32,000 nt of DNA, from assembly GCF_000015025.1 (NCBI RefSeq), contig NC_008578.1, positions 870,001 to 902,000 on the forward strand, written 5' to 3'. Of the stretch, positions 1 to 12,700 are shown in pieces. The DNA is from Acidothermus cellulolyticus 11B. Its GTDB lineage: Bacteria; Actinomycetota; Actinomycetes; Acidothermales; Acidothermaceae. Made by a program: the position numbers and the translations under genes. Positions within the stretch are counted from its first letter, which is position 1, and the number at the start of each line of letters is the position of its first letter. The notes beneath the pieces are model-generated. The model saw nothing but the letters and a program-made list of their open reading frames with translations. It had not been told where the DNA came from and did no database searches.

Positions 1-42
1 GGACCACCCCCGCTGTGAGCACCGACCGTGGGGAGGAACGGC

Positions 43-384
43 ATGTCGGACTGTCTTTTCTGCCGCATCGTCGCGGGTGACGTGCCCGCAACCATCGTGC
101 GCGACTCGGCGCGAACCCTCGCGTTCCGCGACATTGCACCGCAGGCGCCGACGCACGTCTTGGTCATCCCCAAGGAGCACTACGACGACCTGCCTGCACT
201 GACCGCCACGGATCTCGATCTGGCCGCCCAGCTGCTCCACGACGCTCACCGGGTGGCGGCGGCCGAAGGGCTCGTCGAAACCGGCTACCGGCTTGTCATC
301 AACACCGGCCGGGACGCCGGTCAGACCGTGCCGCACGTCCACGTCCACGTTCTTGGTGGGCGGGCGCTCGGCCGGCTCGGTTAG
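43..384 (+). CDS. HIT (histidine triad) family hydrolase
   Basis: The ORF ends with the histidine triad motif HVHVHVLGG. The N-terminus CLFCRIVAG is typical of HinT-like proteins. The ATG at 43 sits 6 nt after GGGAGG (31-36), and the GTG at 28 is the alternative start. Confidence 0.85.
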   Translation: MSDCLFCRIVAGDVPATIVRDSARTLAFRDIAPQAPTHVLVIPKEHYDDLPALTATDLDLAAQLLHDAHRVAAAEGLVETGYRLVINTGRDAGQTVPHVHVHVLGGRALGRLG

Positions 385-483
385 CATGAACGGGCGGTAG
401 TCCTTCAACTGTCGCGACGACGTGCCGGCGAGGCGGTTGACGAGACGTAGAAAGCGAGGCGTGAGCAGGCCGCAGGCCGATCT

Positions 484-1485
484 ATGCGAGGCGAATCTTC
501 TGCGACGGCGCGAAACTCCGACGTCCAGCAGACCCGGATCGTGGTCCCCGGCGCGCATCCGATGGTGAGCCTGCTCGGTGCCCGTGACGAGCTTCTGCAC
601 ATCATCGAGCGCGCGTTCTCCAGCGACATTCACGTCCGCGGCAACGAGATTACGATTACCGGCGACCCGGAAGAGAACGCCGCGGTCGTCCGGCTCTTTG
701 AGGAGCTCATTGCCTTGTTGGCGAACGGCGCCGTGCTGACGACAGACGACGTTGAGCGCAGTGTCGCCATGCTGCGGTCGGCGACACCGGAGCGTCCCGT
801 CGAGGTCCTGACCCACGACATCCTGTCCGCGCGGGGTCGGACGATCCGGCCGAAATCGGTGAACCAGAAGCGTTACGTGGACGCCATCGACCGGCATACG
901 GTGGTCTTTGCCATCGGACCGGCCGGAACCGGCAAAACGTACCTTGCGGTGGCGAAAGCGGTTCAAGCGCTGCAAGCCAAGAAGGTCAACCGGATCATTC
1001 TGACCCGGCCGGCGGTCGAAGCCGGCGAGCGGCTTGGATTCCTGCCCGGCACGCTGTTCGAGAAAATCGACCCGTATCTGCGGCCGTTGTACGACGCCCT
1101 GCACGACATGGTCGAGCCGGAATCCATTCCGCGTCTCATGCAGAACGGCACGATCGAGGTCGCGCCGCTGGCGTACATGCGCGGGCGCACCCTCAATGAC
1201 GCGTTCATCATTCTCGACGAGGCGCAGAACACCACGCCCGAGCAGATGAAGATGTTCCTGACCCGGCTCGGTTTCGGGTCGAAGATGGTGGTGACCGGCG
1301 ACATCACCCAGGTCGATTTGCCGCCGAATACGCGCAGCGGCTTGCGGGTCGTCCGGGAGATTCTCGCCGGCATTCCCGACGTGTATTTCGCCACTCTGGC
1401 AAGCGGCGACGTCGTCCGGCACAAACTCGTCAGCACGATTATCGATGCCTACGAACGGTACGACGCCGGCCGGGAATCCCCGTGA
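484..1485 (+). CDS. phoH: PhoH-like ATPase (PhoH/YbeZ)
   Basis: It has Walker A GPAGTGKTYLAV, Walker B FIILDEAQN and the VVTGDITQVDLP motif. It lies directly upstream of ybeY, as in the conserved phoH-ybeY-corC-era cluster. Confidence 0.9.
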   Translation: MRGESSATARNSDVQQTRIVVPGAHPMVSLLGARDELLHIIERAFSSDIHVRGNEITITGDPEENAAVVRLFEELIALLANGAVLTTDDVERSVAMLRSATPERPVEVLTHDILSARGRTIRPKSVNQKRYVDAIDRHTVVFAIGPAGTGKTYLAVAKAVQALQAKKVNRIILTRPAVEAGERLGFLPGTLFEKIDPYLRPLYDALHDMVEPESIPRLMQNGTIEVAPLAYMRGRTLNDAFIILDEAQNTTPEQMKMFLTRLGFGSKMVVTGDITQVDLPPNTRSGLRVVREILAGIPDVYFATLASGDVVRHKLVSTIIDAYERYDAGRESP

Positions 1486-1499
1486 GGGTGTGACCGCAC

Positions 1500-1994
1500 G
1501 TGACTGTCGAAATCGCCAACGAATCGGGGGTGGACGTCGACGAGCTGCGGCTGCTCGACCTCGCCCGGTACGTCCTTGACCGGATGCGGATTCATCCGCT
1601 CGCGGAGCTGTCGATTCTCTTGGTCGACGAAGGGGAGATGGCTGTCCTGCATGAGCGGTGGATGGATGAACCCGGTCCCACCGATGTGCTGAGTTTTCCG
1701 ATGGACGAACTCCGTCCCGGGCGGCTGGATGTGGAGATCGATCCCGATGCTGAACCGGCGGTGCTCGGGGACGTGGTGCTCTGCCCCGCGGTTGCGAAGC
1801 AGCAGGCCCGTCACGCCGGCCACTCGACCCAGGATGAACTGGAACTCCTTACCGTGCACGGAATTCTGCACCTGCTGGGGTATGACCACGCGGAGGAGGA
1901 TGCGGAGCGCGAGATGTTCGCGTTGCAGAGTGAATTGCTCACGGCATGGCGGGCCGATCGGAGAATCGCCGGCCGGCCCGGCCGCAAACGGTAG
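1500..1994 (+). CDS. ybeY: Endoribonuclease YbeY (rRNA maturation)
   Basis: It carries the zinc-binding motif [11 protein letters not shown], is 164 aa long, and sits between phoH and the CNNM/CorC gene. Confidence 0.9.
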   Translation: MTVEIANESGVDVDELRLLDLARYVLDRMRIHPLAELSILLVDEGEMAVLHERWMDEPGPTDVLSFPMDELRPGRLDVEIDPDAEPAVLGDVVLCPAVAKQQARHAGHSTQDELELLTVHGILHLLGYDHAEEDAEREMFALQSELLTAWRADRRIAGRPGRKR

Positions 1995-2000
1995 GCGGTC

Positions 2001-3452
2001 ATGGTGGACGCCGTCTTGTTCACCCTCGCCGCCCTGCTCGTCGTGTTCGCCGGGGCGTGCGCGATGGCCGATTCCGCACTCTCCCGGGTACCCCGGGTGC
2101 ACGTGGAGGAATTCACCCGCGACGGTCGGCGTGGCGCCAAGTCCCTGGCCAAGGTGATCAATGACGCATCGCATTACCTCAATCTCGTCTTGCTGCTGCG
2201 GGTGACCGCGGAGATGACGGCGGCGGTCATTGTCGCGGTCGCCGCGGTACGGATTTTCGGTTTGCATTGGCCGGTCGTCGTCGTGGTGTCGCTCGTCATG
2301 GTGGTGGTCAGTTACGTCGTCATCGGCGTGGCGCCGCGCACCATCGGACGCCAGCACGCGGACGGCGTTTCGCTCGCCGTCGCCCCGGTCGTCTACGGCC
2401 TGGCGCGTGTTCTCGGCCCGCTGCCCCGGTTGCTCATCGCATTCGGCAACGCCATCACCCCCGGCCGGGGTTTCCGGGAGGGGCCGTTCACCACCGAAGC
2501 CGAGTTGCGTGACCTCGTGGATTTAGCCGAAAAGGCCCGGGTCATCGAGCACGGCGAGCGGCAAATGATTCACTCGGTCTTCGAATTGGGGGACACGCTC
2601 GTGCGTGAGGTGATGGTGCCGCGGACGGACATCGTCTTCATCGAGAAAACGAAGACCCTGCGTCAGGCGATGTCCTTGGCGCTGCGCAGCGGATTCTCGC
2701 GGATTCCCGTTGTCGGAGAGAATGAAGACGACGTCGTCGGAATCGTCTACCTGCGCGACCTTGCAAAGCGCATTTACGAGTATCGGGAAGCGGAGACCCT
2801 GGAGCGCGTCGAATCGATTATGCGCCCGCCGGTGTTTGTGCCGGACAGCAAACCCATCGATGAATTGCTCCGCGAAATGCAGGCGGCGCGCAATCACGTC
2901 GCGATCGTCGTGGACGAGTACGGCGGCACGGCCGGGCTCGTCACGATCGAGGACATTCTCGAGGAAATCGTCGGGGAGATCACCGACGAGTACGACCTGG
3001 AGCGGCCGCGGGTCGAGCCGCTTGAGGACGGCACGGTTCGGGTGACCGCGCGGCTGTCGATTGACGAGCTCGAGGAGCTCTTCGGCGTGCAGATCGACCG
3101 CACTGACCACGAGGTGGAGACCGTCGGGGGATTGTTGGCCCAGGTTCTGGGTCGAGTGCCGATACCGGGGGCGCGGGCGGCGGTCGCCGGCTTGGAGCTC
3201 ATCGCCGAGGGCGCGGCGGGCCGGCGCAACAAAATTGCCACTGTTCTCGTCCGCCGGCTGCCGGAGGCGCCGGAGGCGGCAGCGGAGACGGAGCACACCG
3301 CTGCTGCGGAGCCGGCCGACGCTCCGGGACGCGGCCCTTCCCGGGCCGACGGCGGCGACCCGGCCGTACCTAGCCAGCCGGCAGAGAATGGCGCGCACGA
3401 CGCCGGTACGCCGGTCGCGGCGGCCCCGCGTGGTGACGGAGTACGCCGGTGA
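2001..3452 (+). CDS. CNNM/CorC-type hemolysin-family membrane protein (DUF21 + CBS pair + CorC_HlyC) with an Ala/Pro/Gly-rich C-terminal tail
   Basis: The N-terminus is hydrophobic. The central region has CBS-type sequence (VMVPRTDIVFIE ... IPVVGENEDDVVGIVYLRDL), followed by HVAIVVDEYGGTAGLVTIEDILEEIVGEI. The last roughly 80 aa are low complexity. Confidence 0.85.
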   Translation: MVDAVLFTLAALLVVFAGACAMADSALSRVPRVHVEEFTRDGRRGAKSLAKVINDASHYLNLVLLLRVTAEMTAAVIVAVAAVRIFGLHWPVVVVVSLVMVVVSYVVIGVAPRTIGRQHADGVSLAVAPVVYGLARVLGPLPRLLIAFGNAITPGRGFREGPFTTEAELRDLVDLAEKARVIEHGERQMIHSVFELGDTLVREVMVPRTDIVFIEKTKTLRQAMSLALRSGFSRIPVVGENEDDVVGIVYLRDLAKRIYEYREAETLERVESIMRPPVFVPDSKPIDELLREMQAARNHVAIVVDEYGGTAGLVTIEDILEEIVGEITDEYDLERPRVEPLEDGTVRVTARLSIDELEELFGVQIDRTDHEVETVGGLLAQVLGRVPIPGARAAVAGLELIAEGAAGRRNKIATVLVRRLPEAPEAAAETEHTAAAEPADAPGRGPSRADGGDPAVPSQPAENGAHDAGTPVAAAPRGDGVRR

Positions 3453-3814
3453 GCGCCGAGACCAATCAGCCCGGGCAGGCCACCCTTTCGGCCGAGGACG
3501 CCAAACTGGTCACGCTGGCCCGAGCGGCGCGGGCCCGCACCGGAGCGGCCGAGGCTGCCGCGCTCCGCGACACGACGGGACGCACCTATGTCGCCGTCGC
3601 GGTGGATTTGCCGTCCTTGCGGCTGCCGGCTCTCGCGGCGGTTGTCGTCGTCGCACTGGCGAGCGGGGTTGCGGACGTCGAAGCCGCGGCGGTGGTCGGC
3701 GTCCGGAGCACGCTCTCCGCGGACGACACCCGCGTCATCGCTGATCTTGCGACCGGAATTCCGGTGTACCTCGCCGCGCCGGACGGCGAGGTGCGCGCCA
3801 CCGTGGTCGTGTGA
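3449..3814 (+). CDS. Small conserved protein between corC and era (cytidine-deaminase-like/hypothetical)
   Basis: The GTG start overlaps the upstream stop (GTGA). Its position matches the small conserved ORF found between the CNNM gene and era in actinobacteria. I saw no catalytic motif. Confidence 0.55.
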   Translation: MSAETNQPGQATLSAEDAKLVTLARAARARTGAAEAAALRDTTGRTYVAVAVDLPSLRLPALAAVVVVALASGVADVEAAAVVGVRSTLSADDTRVIADLATGIPVYLAAPDGEVRATVVV

Positions 3815-3824
3815 GGGGTCCTCG

Positions 3825-4718
3825 GTGAGTCACCCGTTTCGCTCGGGTTTCGCATGCATCGTCGGTCGGCCCAACGTCGGGAAATCGACCCTGCTGAACG
3901 CGATGGTCAAGACGAAGGTCGCCATCACCAGCGATCGGCCGCAGACGACCCGCCACGTGGTGCGCGGCGTCGTCCACCGGCCGGACGCGCAGCTGGTCGT
4001 CGTCGACACCCCCGGACTGCATAAACCGCGCACCCTGCTGGGCAGCCGGCTCAACGACTTGGCCCGAGCCACCCTTGCCGAGGTTGACGTCATCGTTTTC
4101 TGTCTGCCCGCCGATGAGCGGATCGGGCCCGGCGACCGCTTCCTCGCCGACGAGCTGAACCGGATCAAGACGCCGACCTTCGCCGTGGTGACGAAGACGG
4201 ACCGCGTCCGCAAGCCGCGGGTCGCCGAGCAGCTTCTCGCTGTCGCGGAACTCGGCGACTGGGCGGAGATCGTCCCGGTTTCGGCGGTGACGGACTACCA
4301 GGTGGAACTGCTGGTGGATCTGCTCGTTGCGCGCCTCCCGGAGGGACGCCCGTACTATCCCGAAGGCGAGGTGACGGACGAGCCCGAGCAGGTGCTGGTC
4401 GCTGAATTGATCCGCGAAGCTGCACTCGGCGAGTTGCGTGACGAGCTGCCGCACAGCCTCGCGGTGGTGGTCGAGGAGATGGCGCCGCGGCCCGGTCGGG
4501 ACGACCTGGTCGACGTCCACGCCGTCTTGTACGTCGAACGGCCCAGCCAGAAGCCGATCATCATCGGCGCAGGCGGCGAGCGGCTCCGGGAGGTCGGAAG
4601 CCGGGCGCGGCACCAGATCGAGGCCTTGCTCGGGGTGCACGTCTATCTCGACCTGCGGGTCAAGGTGGCGCCGGAATGGCAGCAAGACCCCGAGCAACTG
4701 CGCCGGTTGGGTTTCTAG
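3825..4718 (+). CDS. era: GTPase Era
   Basis: It has the G1 motif GRPNVGKSTLLN, G3 DTPG and G4 TKTD, plus a C-terminal KH-like region. The GTG at 3825 follows GAGGGG. The longer ORF from 3588 overlaps the upstream gene and is Arg/Ser-rich, so I trimmed it. Confidence 0.9.
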   Translation: MSHPFRSGFACIVGRPNVGKSTLLNAMVKTKVAITSDRPQTTRHVVRGVVHRPDAQLVVVDTPGLHKPRTLLGSRLNDLARATLAEVDVIVFCLPADERIGPGDRFLADELNRIKTPTFAVVTKTDRVRKPRVAEQLLAVAELGDWAEIVPVSAVTDYQVELLVDLLVARLPEGRPYYPEGEVTDEPEQVLVAELIREAALGELRDELPHSLAVVVEEMAPRPGRDDLVDVHAVLYVERPSQKPIIIGAGGERLREVGSRARHQIEALLGVHVYLDLRVKVAPEWQQDPEQLRRLGF

Positions 4719-4784
4719 CCGGACGCCGCGCAGGGCCGGATCCGAGGCGCGGGCTGGGACCGAGGCGCTAGCCGGACGCCGCGC
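4715..4784. repeat. Perfect 17-bp direct repeat CTAGCCGGACGCCGCGC (4715-4731 and 4768-4784); the first copy contains the era stop codon
   Basis: Read directly from the sequence. The two copies are offset by 53 bp. Confidence 0.8.
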
Positions 4785-4857
4785 TAGCGGAATGACAGTT
4801 TCCTGACCCGCGGTTCGCGACGGCGACGGCAGATGCACCCGTTATAGTGGGGACACC

Positions 4858-4899
4858 ATGGCACGTTCGCTCCTGCTTAGCTGCCGCGGCGGGGCCTGA
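4858..4899 (+). promoter_or_regulatory. Candidate leuA leader peptide MARSLLLSCRGGA (three consecutive Leu codons), probably leaderless or nearly so
   Basis: The 13-codon ORF has CTC CTG CTT at 4870-4878. A TATAGT -10-like hexamer lies at 4843-4848, 10 nt before the ATG. The self-complementary GCCGCGGC occurs at 4883-4890 and 4920-4927. CTCCTC (4914-4919) is complementary to the leuA SD GAGGAG (4968-4973). Confidence 0.45.
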
Positions 4900-6746
<1,847 letters not shown>

Positions 6747-6903
6747 ATGGTTATCTGCGGCTCGTGGCCGAGGGCGATCCGCTGCGGCGTCCGGCGCGCG
6801 GCCGCCCGGACATCGCGACGCTGCCGGTGTCGTTCCGGCGCGGATGCTCCGGCGGCGGCGTGGGATGCCCACCCGGACGGTCGGGTTGCGCCAGAATGGC
6901 GCA

Positions 6904-7635
6904 GTGAGCCTGTACCGTGATGACGCCGTCGTGCTGCGCACCCAGAAGCTTGGCGAGGCTGACCGCATCATCACCGTGCTGACGCGGCGCAACGGCCGGG
7001 TCCGTGCGGTGGCCAAAGGCATTCGGCGGACGTCGTCGAAGTTCGGCGCTCGATTGGAGCCGGCGAACCACGTGGATGTCCAGCTCTATCTCGGCCGATC
7101 GCTGGACATCGTGACTCAGGCGGAGATCCGTGACCCGTTCGGCGATCGTCTCCGGCACGATTACGAGTCCTACACGCTGGGCACCGCGATGCTGGAAACC
7201 GCAGAGAAATTGACAGCGGAGGAGCGGGAACCGGCGATCCGGCTCTACCTTCTGCTGCTCGGCGCGTTGCGGGCCCTGACCGAGCAACGGCACGATGCCC
7301 GGCTGATATTCGATGCATTTGTGCTGCGGGCGCTCGCGACGTCCGGTTATCAACCGGCGCTGGATGACTGTGCCCGATGCGGTGCGCAAGGACCGCACCG
7401 GTGGTTCTCCGTGCCGGCCGGCGGCCTGGTCTGCGGCGACTGCCGACCGCCTGGGTCCGTGGCGCCGGCGTCGGCCACGATTGCGCTGCTGCGCGCCCTG
7501 CTTACCGGGGAGTGGGCGGCGGCCGATGCGAGCGCGCCGGAATTCCGCCACGAGGCAAGTGGTCTCGTCGCCGCCTACCTGCAGTGGCATCTGGAACATG
7601 GCATTCGTTCCCTACGGCTGCTTGAACCTGCGTGA
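6904..7635 (+). CDS. recO: DNA repair protein RecO
   Basis: The N-terminus is an OB-fold sequence (LYRDDAVVLRTQKLGEADRIITVLTR..G). A zinc motif CARCG...CGDC is present. It lies upstream of uppS. The GTG at 6904 was chosen over the extended ORF start at 6844. Confidence 0.9.
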   Translation: MSLYRDDAVVLRTQKLGEADRIITVLTRRNGRVRAVAKGIRRTSSKFGARLEPANHVDVQLYLGRSLDIVTQAEIRDPFGDRLRHDYESYTLGTAMLETAEKLTAEEREPAIRLYLLLLGALRALTEQRHDARLIFDAFVLRALATSGYQPALDDCARCGAQGPHRWFSVPAGGLVCGDCRPPGSVAPASATIALLRALLTGEWAAADASAPEFRHEASGLVAAYLQWHLEHGIRSLRLLEPA

Positions 7636-7644
7636 CGGCTGCCC

Positions 7645-8454
7645 ATGCGTCGGACATTTCGGCCGCCGGCACCGCACCCCTCCGGGGTGCGTCCGCCCAG
7701 CCTTCCGCCGGAGCGGATTCCCCGGCACGTCGCGATCGTCATGGACGGCAACGGTCGGTGGGCCCGCGCCCGCGGCCTGCCGCGAACCGCCGGTCACGAG
7801 CGCGGTGAGGCTGCGCTGCTCGACGTCGTCGAAGGCGCCATCGAAATCGGAGTGAAGTGGCTGTCGGCGTACGCATTCTCGACGGAGAATTGGAAGCGTT
7901 CGCCGGAAGAAGTGCGTTTTCTCATGGGGTTCAATCGGGACGTCATCCGGCGGCGCAGGGATTACATGAATGAGCTGGGCGTCCGGGTGCGCTGGGCCGG
8001 CCGGCGGCCCCGGCTGTGGCGGAGTGTCATCCGTGAACTCGAGCGCGCCGAGGAGATGACGAAGCACAATGACGTCCTCACCTTGACGATGTGCGTGAAT
8101 TACGGGGGACGGGCGGAAATCGCGGACGCCGCGCGGGCGCTCGCCGCGGACGTCGCCGCCGGCCGGCTGTCGCCTGCATCGGTCACCGAACGGGTGTTCG
8201 CCCGTTACCTCGATGAACCGGATATGCCCGACGTGGATTTGTTCATCCGGTCATCCGGCGAGCAGCGCACGTCGAATTTTCTGATTTGGCAGTCCGCGTA
8301 CGCGGAACTGGTGTTTGTCGACACGTTGTGGCCGGACTTCGACCGGCGCGATTTGTGGCGTGCCATCGAAATCTACGCTCAGCGGGAGCGGCGGTACGGC
8401 GCGGCACTGCCGAATCCGACGGAGCCTATGCCGTCGATTGCAAGCTCGTCATGA
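7645..8454 (+). CDS. uppS: Isoprenyl transferase / undecaprenyl diphosphate synthase
   Basis: It carries [22 protein letters not shown] and [14 protein letters not shown], all hallmarks of cis-prenyltransferases. Confidence 0.9.
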   Translation: MRRTFRPPAPHPSGVRPPSLPPERIPRHVAIVMDGNGRWARARGLPRTAGHERGEAALLDVVEGAIEIGVKWLSAYAFSTENWKRSPEEVRFLMGFNRDVIRRRRDYMNELGVRVRWAGRRPRLWRSVIRELERAEEMTKHNDVLTLTMCVNYGGRAEIADAARALAADVAAGRLSPASVTERVFARYLDEPDMPDVDLFIRSSGEQRTSNFLIWQSAYAELVFVDTLWPDFDRRDLWRAIEIYAQRERRYGAALPNPTEPMPSIASSS

Positions 8455-9991
8455 ATTGGTGGAACCCCGCCCGGGCCTTCGCGCTCCCTGCGTCAAGAAA
8501 GAGGATGACGTCGATGTCCGACGAATCGTCGACGATGGCGATGTCGCCGTCTGAGCCCTGCATGCGCACCGGCACCTGCAGCACGTCGCCGATCGGATAA
8601 CTGACGAGTCCGGCCTGGGCGGCGTCAACCTGGGCGCCGGGTAGGGTCCGGGCCAGCAGACCGGCAAGCACGTCATTCATACGCGCGGCGAGTATGCTCA
8701 CCGGTACCGGGCTTGGCGTCGGTGTGACGTTGACCGCGAGGACCGCCCCCGACGGTCCTTGGTAGAGGGCGAGACCGGCGTCCGTTTTGGTTTTCACCGC
8801 ATGCCATCCCTGCGGTTTGACGTATGCCAGATTTCCAAGGTGCGCCGGTGCCGCCGGCGTCAACGCAACGCTGATCGCGACCAGGGCCAGCGTGCCGTTG
8901 AAGGCGGCATGCGCACTCATCGACGCGACGAGCCCGCGCTTCCAGTACAGGAGCCCGAGCAGGACTCCCATGAGGGTGTAATACCGCCATTCGCCCAGCC
9001 GGTAGTGCCAGACCGCGAAGGCAAGCGCGCTGACGAGGAGTGCGATCCGGATGCCTTTCGGGCGCAGCCATTCGAGAAAAATGCCGCGGAACAGGGTTTC
9101 TTCCACCAGCGGCGCGGCGACGGCGACAAGTAACAACGTGGAGAGCACGTGTGCGGTGTCACCCTCGCTGGCCAGCGTGATGAGGCTCGGATCGCTGCTG
9201 AGGTGTCCGGCGGCGGCCGACTGCACGAGCACGCCGAGCAAACCGCCCGCGCATCCGAGGGTCACGCCGAGGATCGCGCCGACCACGGGGCTGGACCCCC
9301 GGAACCAGACCAGTCGGCGGCGGGTCGATCCGAGCCAGCCGAGCACGATGAGCCCGACGATCGCGTAAAAGGCGACCGTGCCGGCGAGAACATACCGTCC
9401 CATCGCGTTGGGTGCGAAGTCGTGCCGGCCAAGCGTCCAGAACACGAGCTGATAGATGCCGCCGAGGACGATCGGAACGATGACGGTGAGCCAGGTGCCG
9501 GCGACGGGAGGTTGGAGCGTCGTCGGCGGCAGAGGTTCCGGTGCGTTGGGAGCCTGGTGGACCGGGATGGTGACGTGCCAGGCGCTGAACATGTGCTGGG
9601 CGTACGGATTCGCCGCAGGTGTAGGCGGTGTGTACGGGTGTGGGTCGGGCAGTGCGTTCGGGTTCACCGCCGATGGCGGGGCTGTGTACGGGTGCACGTC
9701 GGACGGCGCAGTCGCGTACGGGTGTGCGGCGGGCGCCGGGGCCGTGTAGGGGTGTGCGGCAGTCGCATACGGATTCGCGGCGAGTGGCGGGGCCGTGACC
9801 GTTGGGGTCGGCGGCGTCGAGGAGGCCAGCGGGGCGAACGCCGGGGCTGTCGTCGCTGCAGTGGGTTGCGTGACCGGCTGGCGCGACGCCGCGGGCGTTG
9901 GCGGGTCGTCGACTCGCAGGAGTGCCGAACAGTGCACGCACGCCGGGTAGGCCGGATCGCTGGGCGCCCCGCACCGCGGGCAAAGGATCAT
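8426..9991 (-). CDS. CPBP (CAAX) family intramembrane metalloprotease with an N-terminal zinc ribbon, a Pro-rich [HN]PY repeat linker and an extra C-terminal domain
   Basis: The N-terminus is CPRCG...CVHC. CPBP motifs EETLFRG, FAVWH and HAAFN are present along with multiple TM segments. Its 3-prime end converges on uppS and overlaps it by 29 bp. Confidence 0.8.
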   Translation of the reverse strand: MILCPRCGAPSDPAYPACVHCSALLRVDDPPTPAASRQPVTQPTAATTAPAFAPLASSTPPTPTVTAPPLAANPYATAAHPYTAPAPAAHPYATAPSDVHPYTAPPSAVNPNALPDPHPYTPPTPAANPYAQHMFSAWHVTIPVHQAPNAPEPLPPTTLQPPVAGTWLTVIVPIVLGGIYQLVFWTLGRHDFAPNAMGRYVLAGTVAFYAIVGLIVLGWLGSTRRRLVWFRGSSPVVGAILGVTLGCAGGLLGVLVQSAAAGHLSSDPSLITLASEGDTAHVLSTLLLVAVAAPLVEETLFRGIFLEWLRPKGIRIALLVSALAFAVWHYRLGEWRYYTLMGVLLGLLYWKRGLVASMSAHAAFNGTLALVAISVALTPAAPAHLGNLAYVKPQGWHAVKTKTDAGLALYQGPSGAVLAVNVTPTPSPVPVSILAARMNDVLAGLLARTLPGAQVDAAQAGLVSYPIGDVLQVPVRMQGSDGDIAIVDDSSDIDVILFLDAGSAKARAGFHQFMTSLQSTA

Positions 9992-10161
9992 GCGTGGTGT
10001 ATCGGGACGGGAACGAGCCGCCTTGAGCCCGGTGATCGCACGTCACGGTCAGCGCAAACGCCGACCCGCCGTGGACGGTGTAGCGACCAACCGGTACGCT
10101 AGATCACCGACCGTTCGCCGGCAAGGGACCGGCCACCGGTCACCCGCCGACCGCCAGCCGG

Positions 10162-11557
<1,396 letters not shown>

Positions 11558-11571
<14 letters not shown>

Positions 11572-12124
11572 GTCCGGTCTCGTCCCGGTTCGCCGCCGGA
11601 CGGGGGGACGACGACCCGGCAGGGCTGATGTCCAAGGTCTGAACGATCTCTGCAGATTCGCCCGCCAGCTCGGCGATGCCGGACGCCGGCACGCTGACGA
11701 AGGTAGCGACCAGCCAGCGCGAGGCAAGCGGGACGACGTACTGCACGGATCCGGCTGCGCGGTCGATGAACCGGATCGCAACGCCGATCGGCAGTCGGAC
11801 GACGTCGCTGCCGGGCAGTTCGGCCTGAAGCGCCTGCCAGGAGACGCCGTCCGGGACAGGAAACGCGCCGTCCACGATCTGCAGAGTCACCGTCGCGACA
11901 GCCGGCCCGGGGCGCAGTCGGCTGGCGCAGAAGAACGCGCCGGCACGCCGTGCGGCGTCGGCGGCGTAGTCCGTGACGGCGGCGAGTCTGCCGGCGAATG
12001 CCCCGGCGGGCGCACCACGGGCGGCCGCGGACCGGACCATGGTCCGCACGGCCGCCCGGCGTCCGACGTCGAGCGGAAGCGGTTGCCACGTAGCCGGCAG
12101 GGTGAGACTGACGTCGAATGTCAC
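11558..12124 (-). CDS. Hypothetical protein, translationally coupled to the upstream EspC/WXG-like gene
   Basis: The GTG start overlaps the upstream stop (GTGA at 12121-12124). It is 188 aa long and I recognised no motif. The 3-prime end overlaps the glyQS end by 14 bp. Confidence 0.5.
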
Positions 12125-12408
12125 TGCGGCTCGATCGTCCGGGCGATCGCGTCGTCGGCAGCGGTGTACTGCTCAGCGGCCTGGGTCAACATCGCGGCGA
12201 GTGCACCGATTTCTTCGCGGAGTTCGCCGGTGCGCCGGGACCACCCCGTCGCGAACCGCTCGAAAGCGGCCGCGACGTGCGGTTCACCAAGCGCGGCGGT
12301 GACGGACTCGGCCAGCGACCGGATGGTCGCGACCTGCGCACCCGCGGCCGCGACGTCCCGGGCCAGCCGGGCGACCTCTTCCGGAGTGACGGCAAAGTTG
12401 CCGGGCAT
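12121..12408 (-). CDS. Small helical protein resembling type VII secretion targets (EspC/DUF2580 or WXG100-like)
   Basis: It is 95 aa, starting at the ATG at 12408, which is preceded by GGAGGTGAAG. The sequence looks like a helix-turn-helix hairpin (FAVTPEEV...ALGEPH...AAEQYTAADDAIA). I trimmed the longer 182-aa track ORF. Confidence 0.5.
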   Translation of the reverse strand: MPGNFAVTPEEVARLARDVAAAGAQVATIRSLAESVTAALGEPHVAAAFERFATGWSRRTGELREEIGALAAMLTQAAEQYTAADDAIARTIEPQ

Positions 12409-12700
12409 CTTCACCTCCAGCTCACGAGCACGGGACACGGGCGCCCGCGCGACGGTTCTGTGCCCGCGGGCGGTTCCGCCGGGTGCCCGCGCGGCGTTTC
12501 CCAGCGTGTGATCGTCTGTTGCGCGATCACCCGGCTTGCGGATGACGGTAACGCAGCGACGCCGTACCGTGGGTTCGTTGACCAGTTCGCTGTGGATAGC
12601 GGGCTCATCGGTACGCTTGCCCCGTGCGTAGCCTCCGGCCCGGCGGCGCACACCGAGGGTAATCGTCATCGATCGTGGTGACCTGCGAGGGAGCGTTCCA

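Noticed and set aside
446-483. A sigma-70-like promoter (TTGACG ... ) upstream of phoH
   Set aside because: The -35-like hexamer has no convincing -10 partner at proper spacing, so the evidence is too weak to report.
9992-10161. A possible T-box or riboswitch leader upstream of glyQS
   Set aside because: I found no T-box consensus (AGGGTGGTACCGCG-like) or specifier-loop architecture by eye. The region is a short divergent promoter gap.
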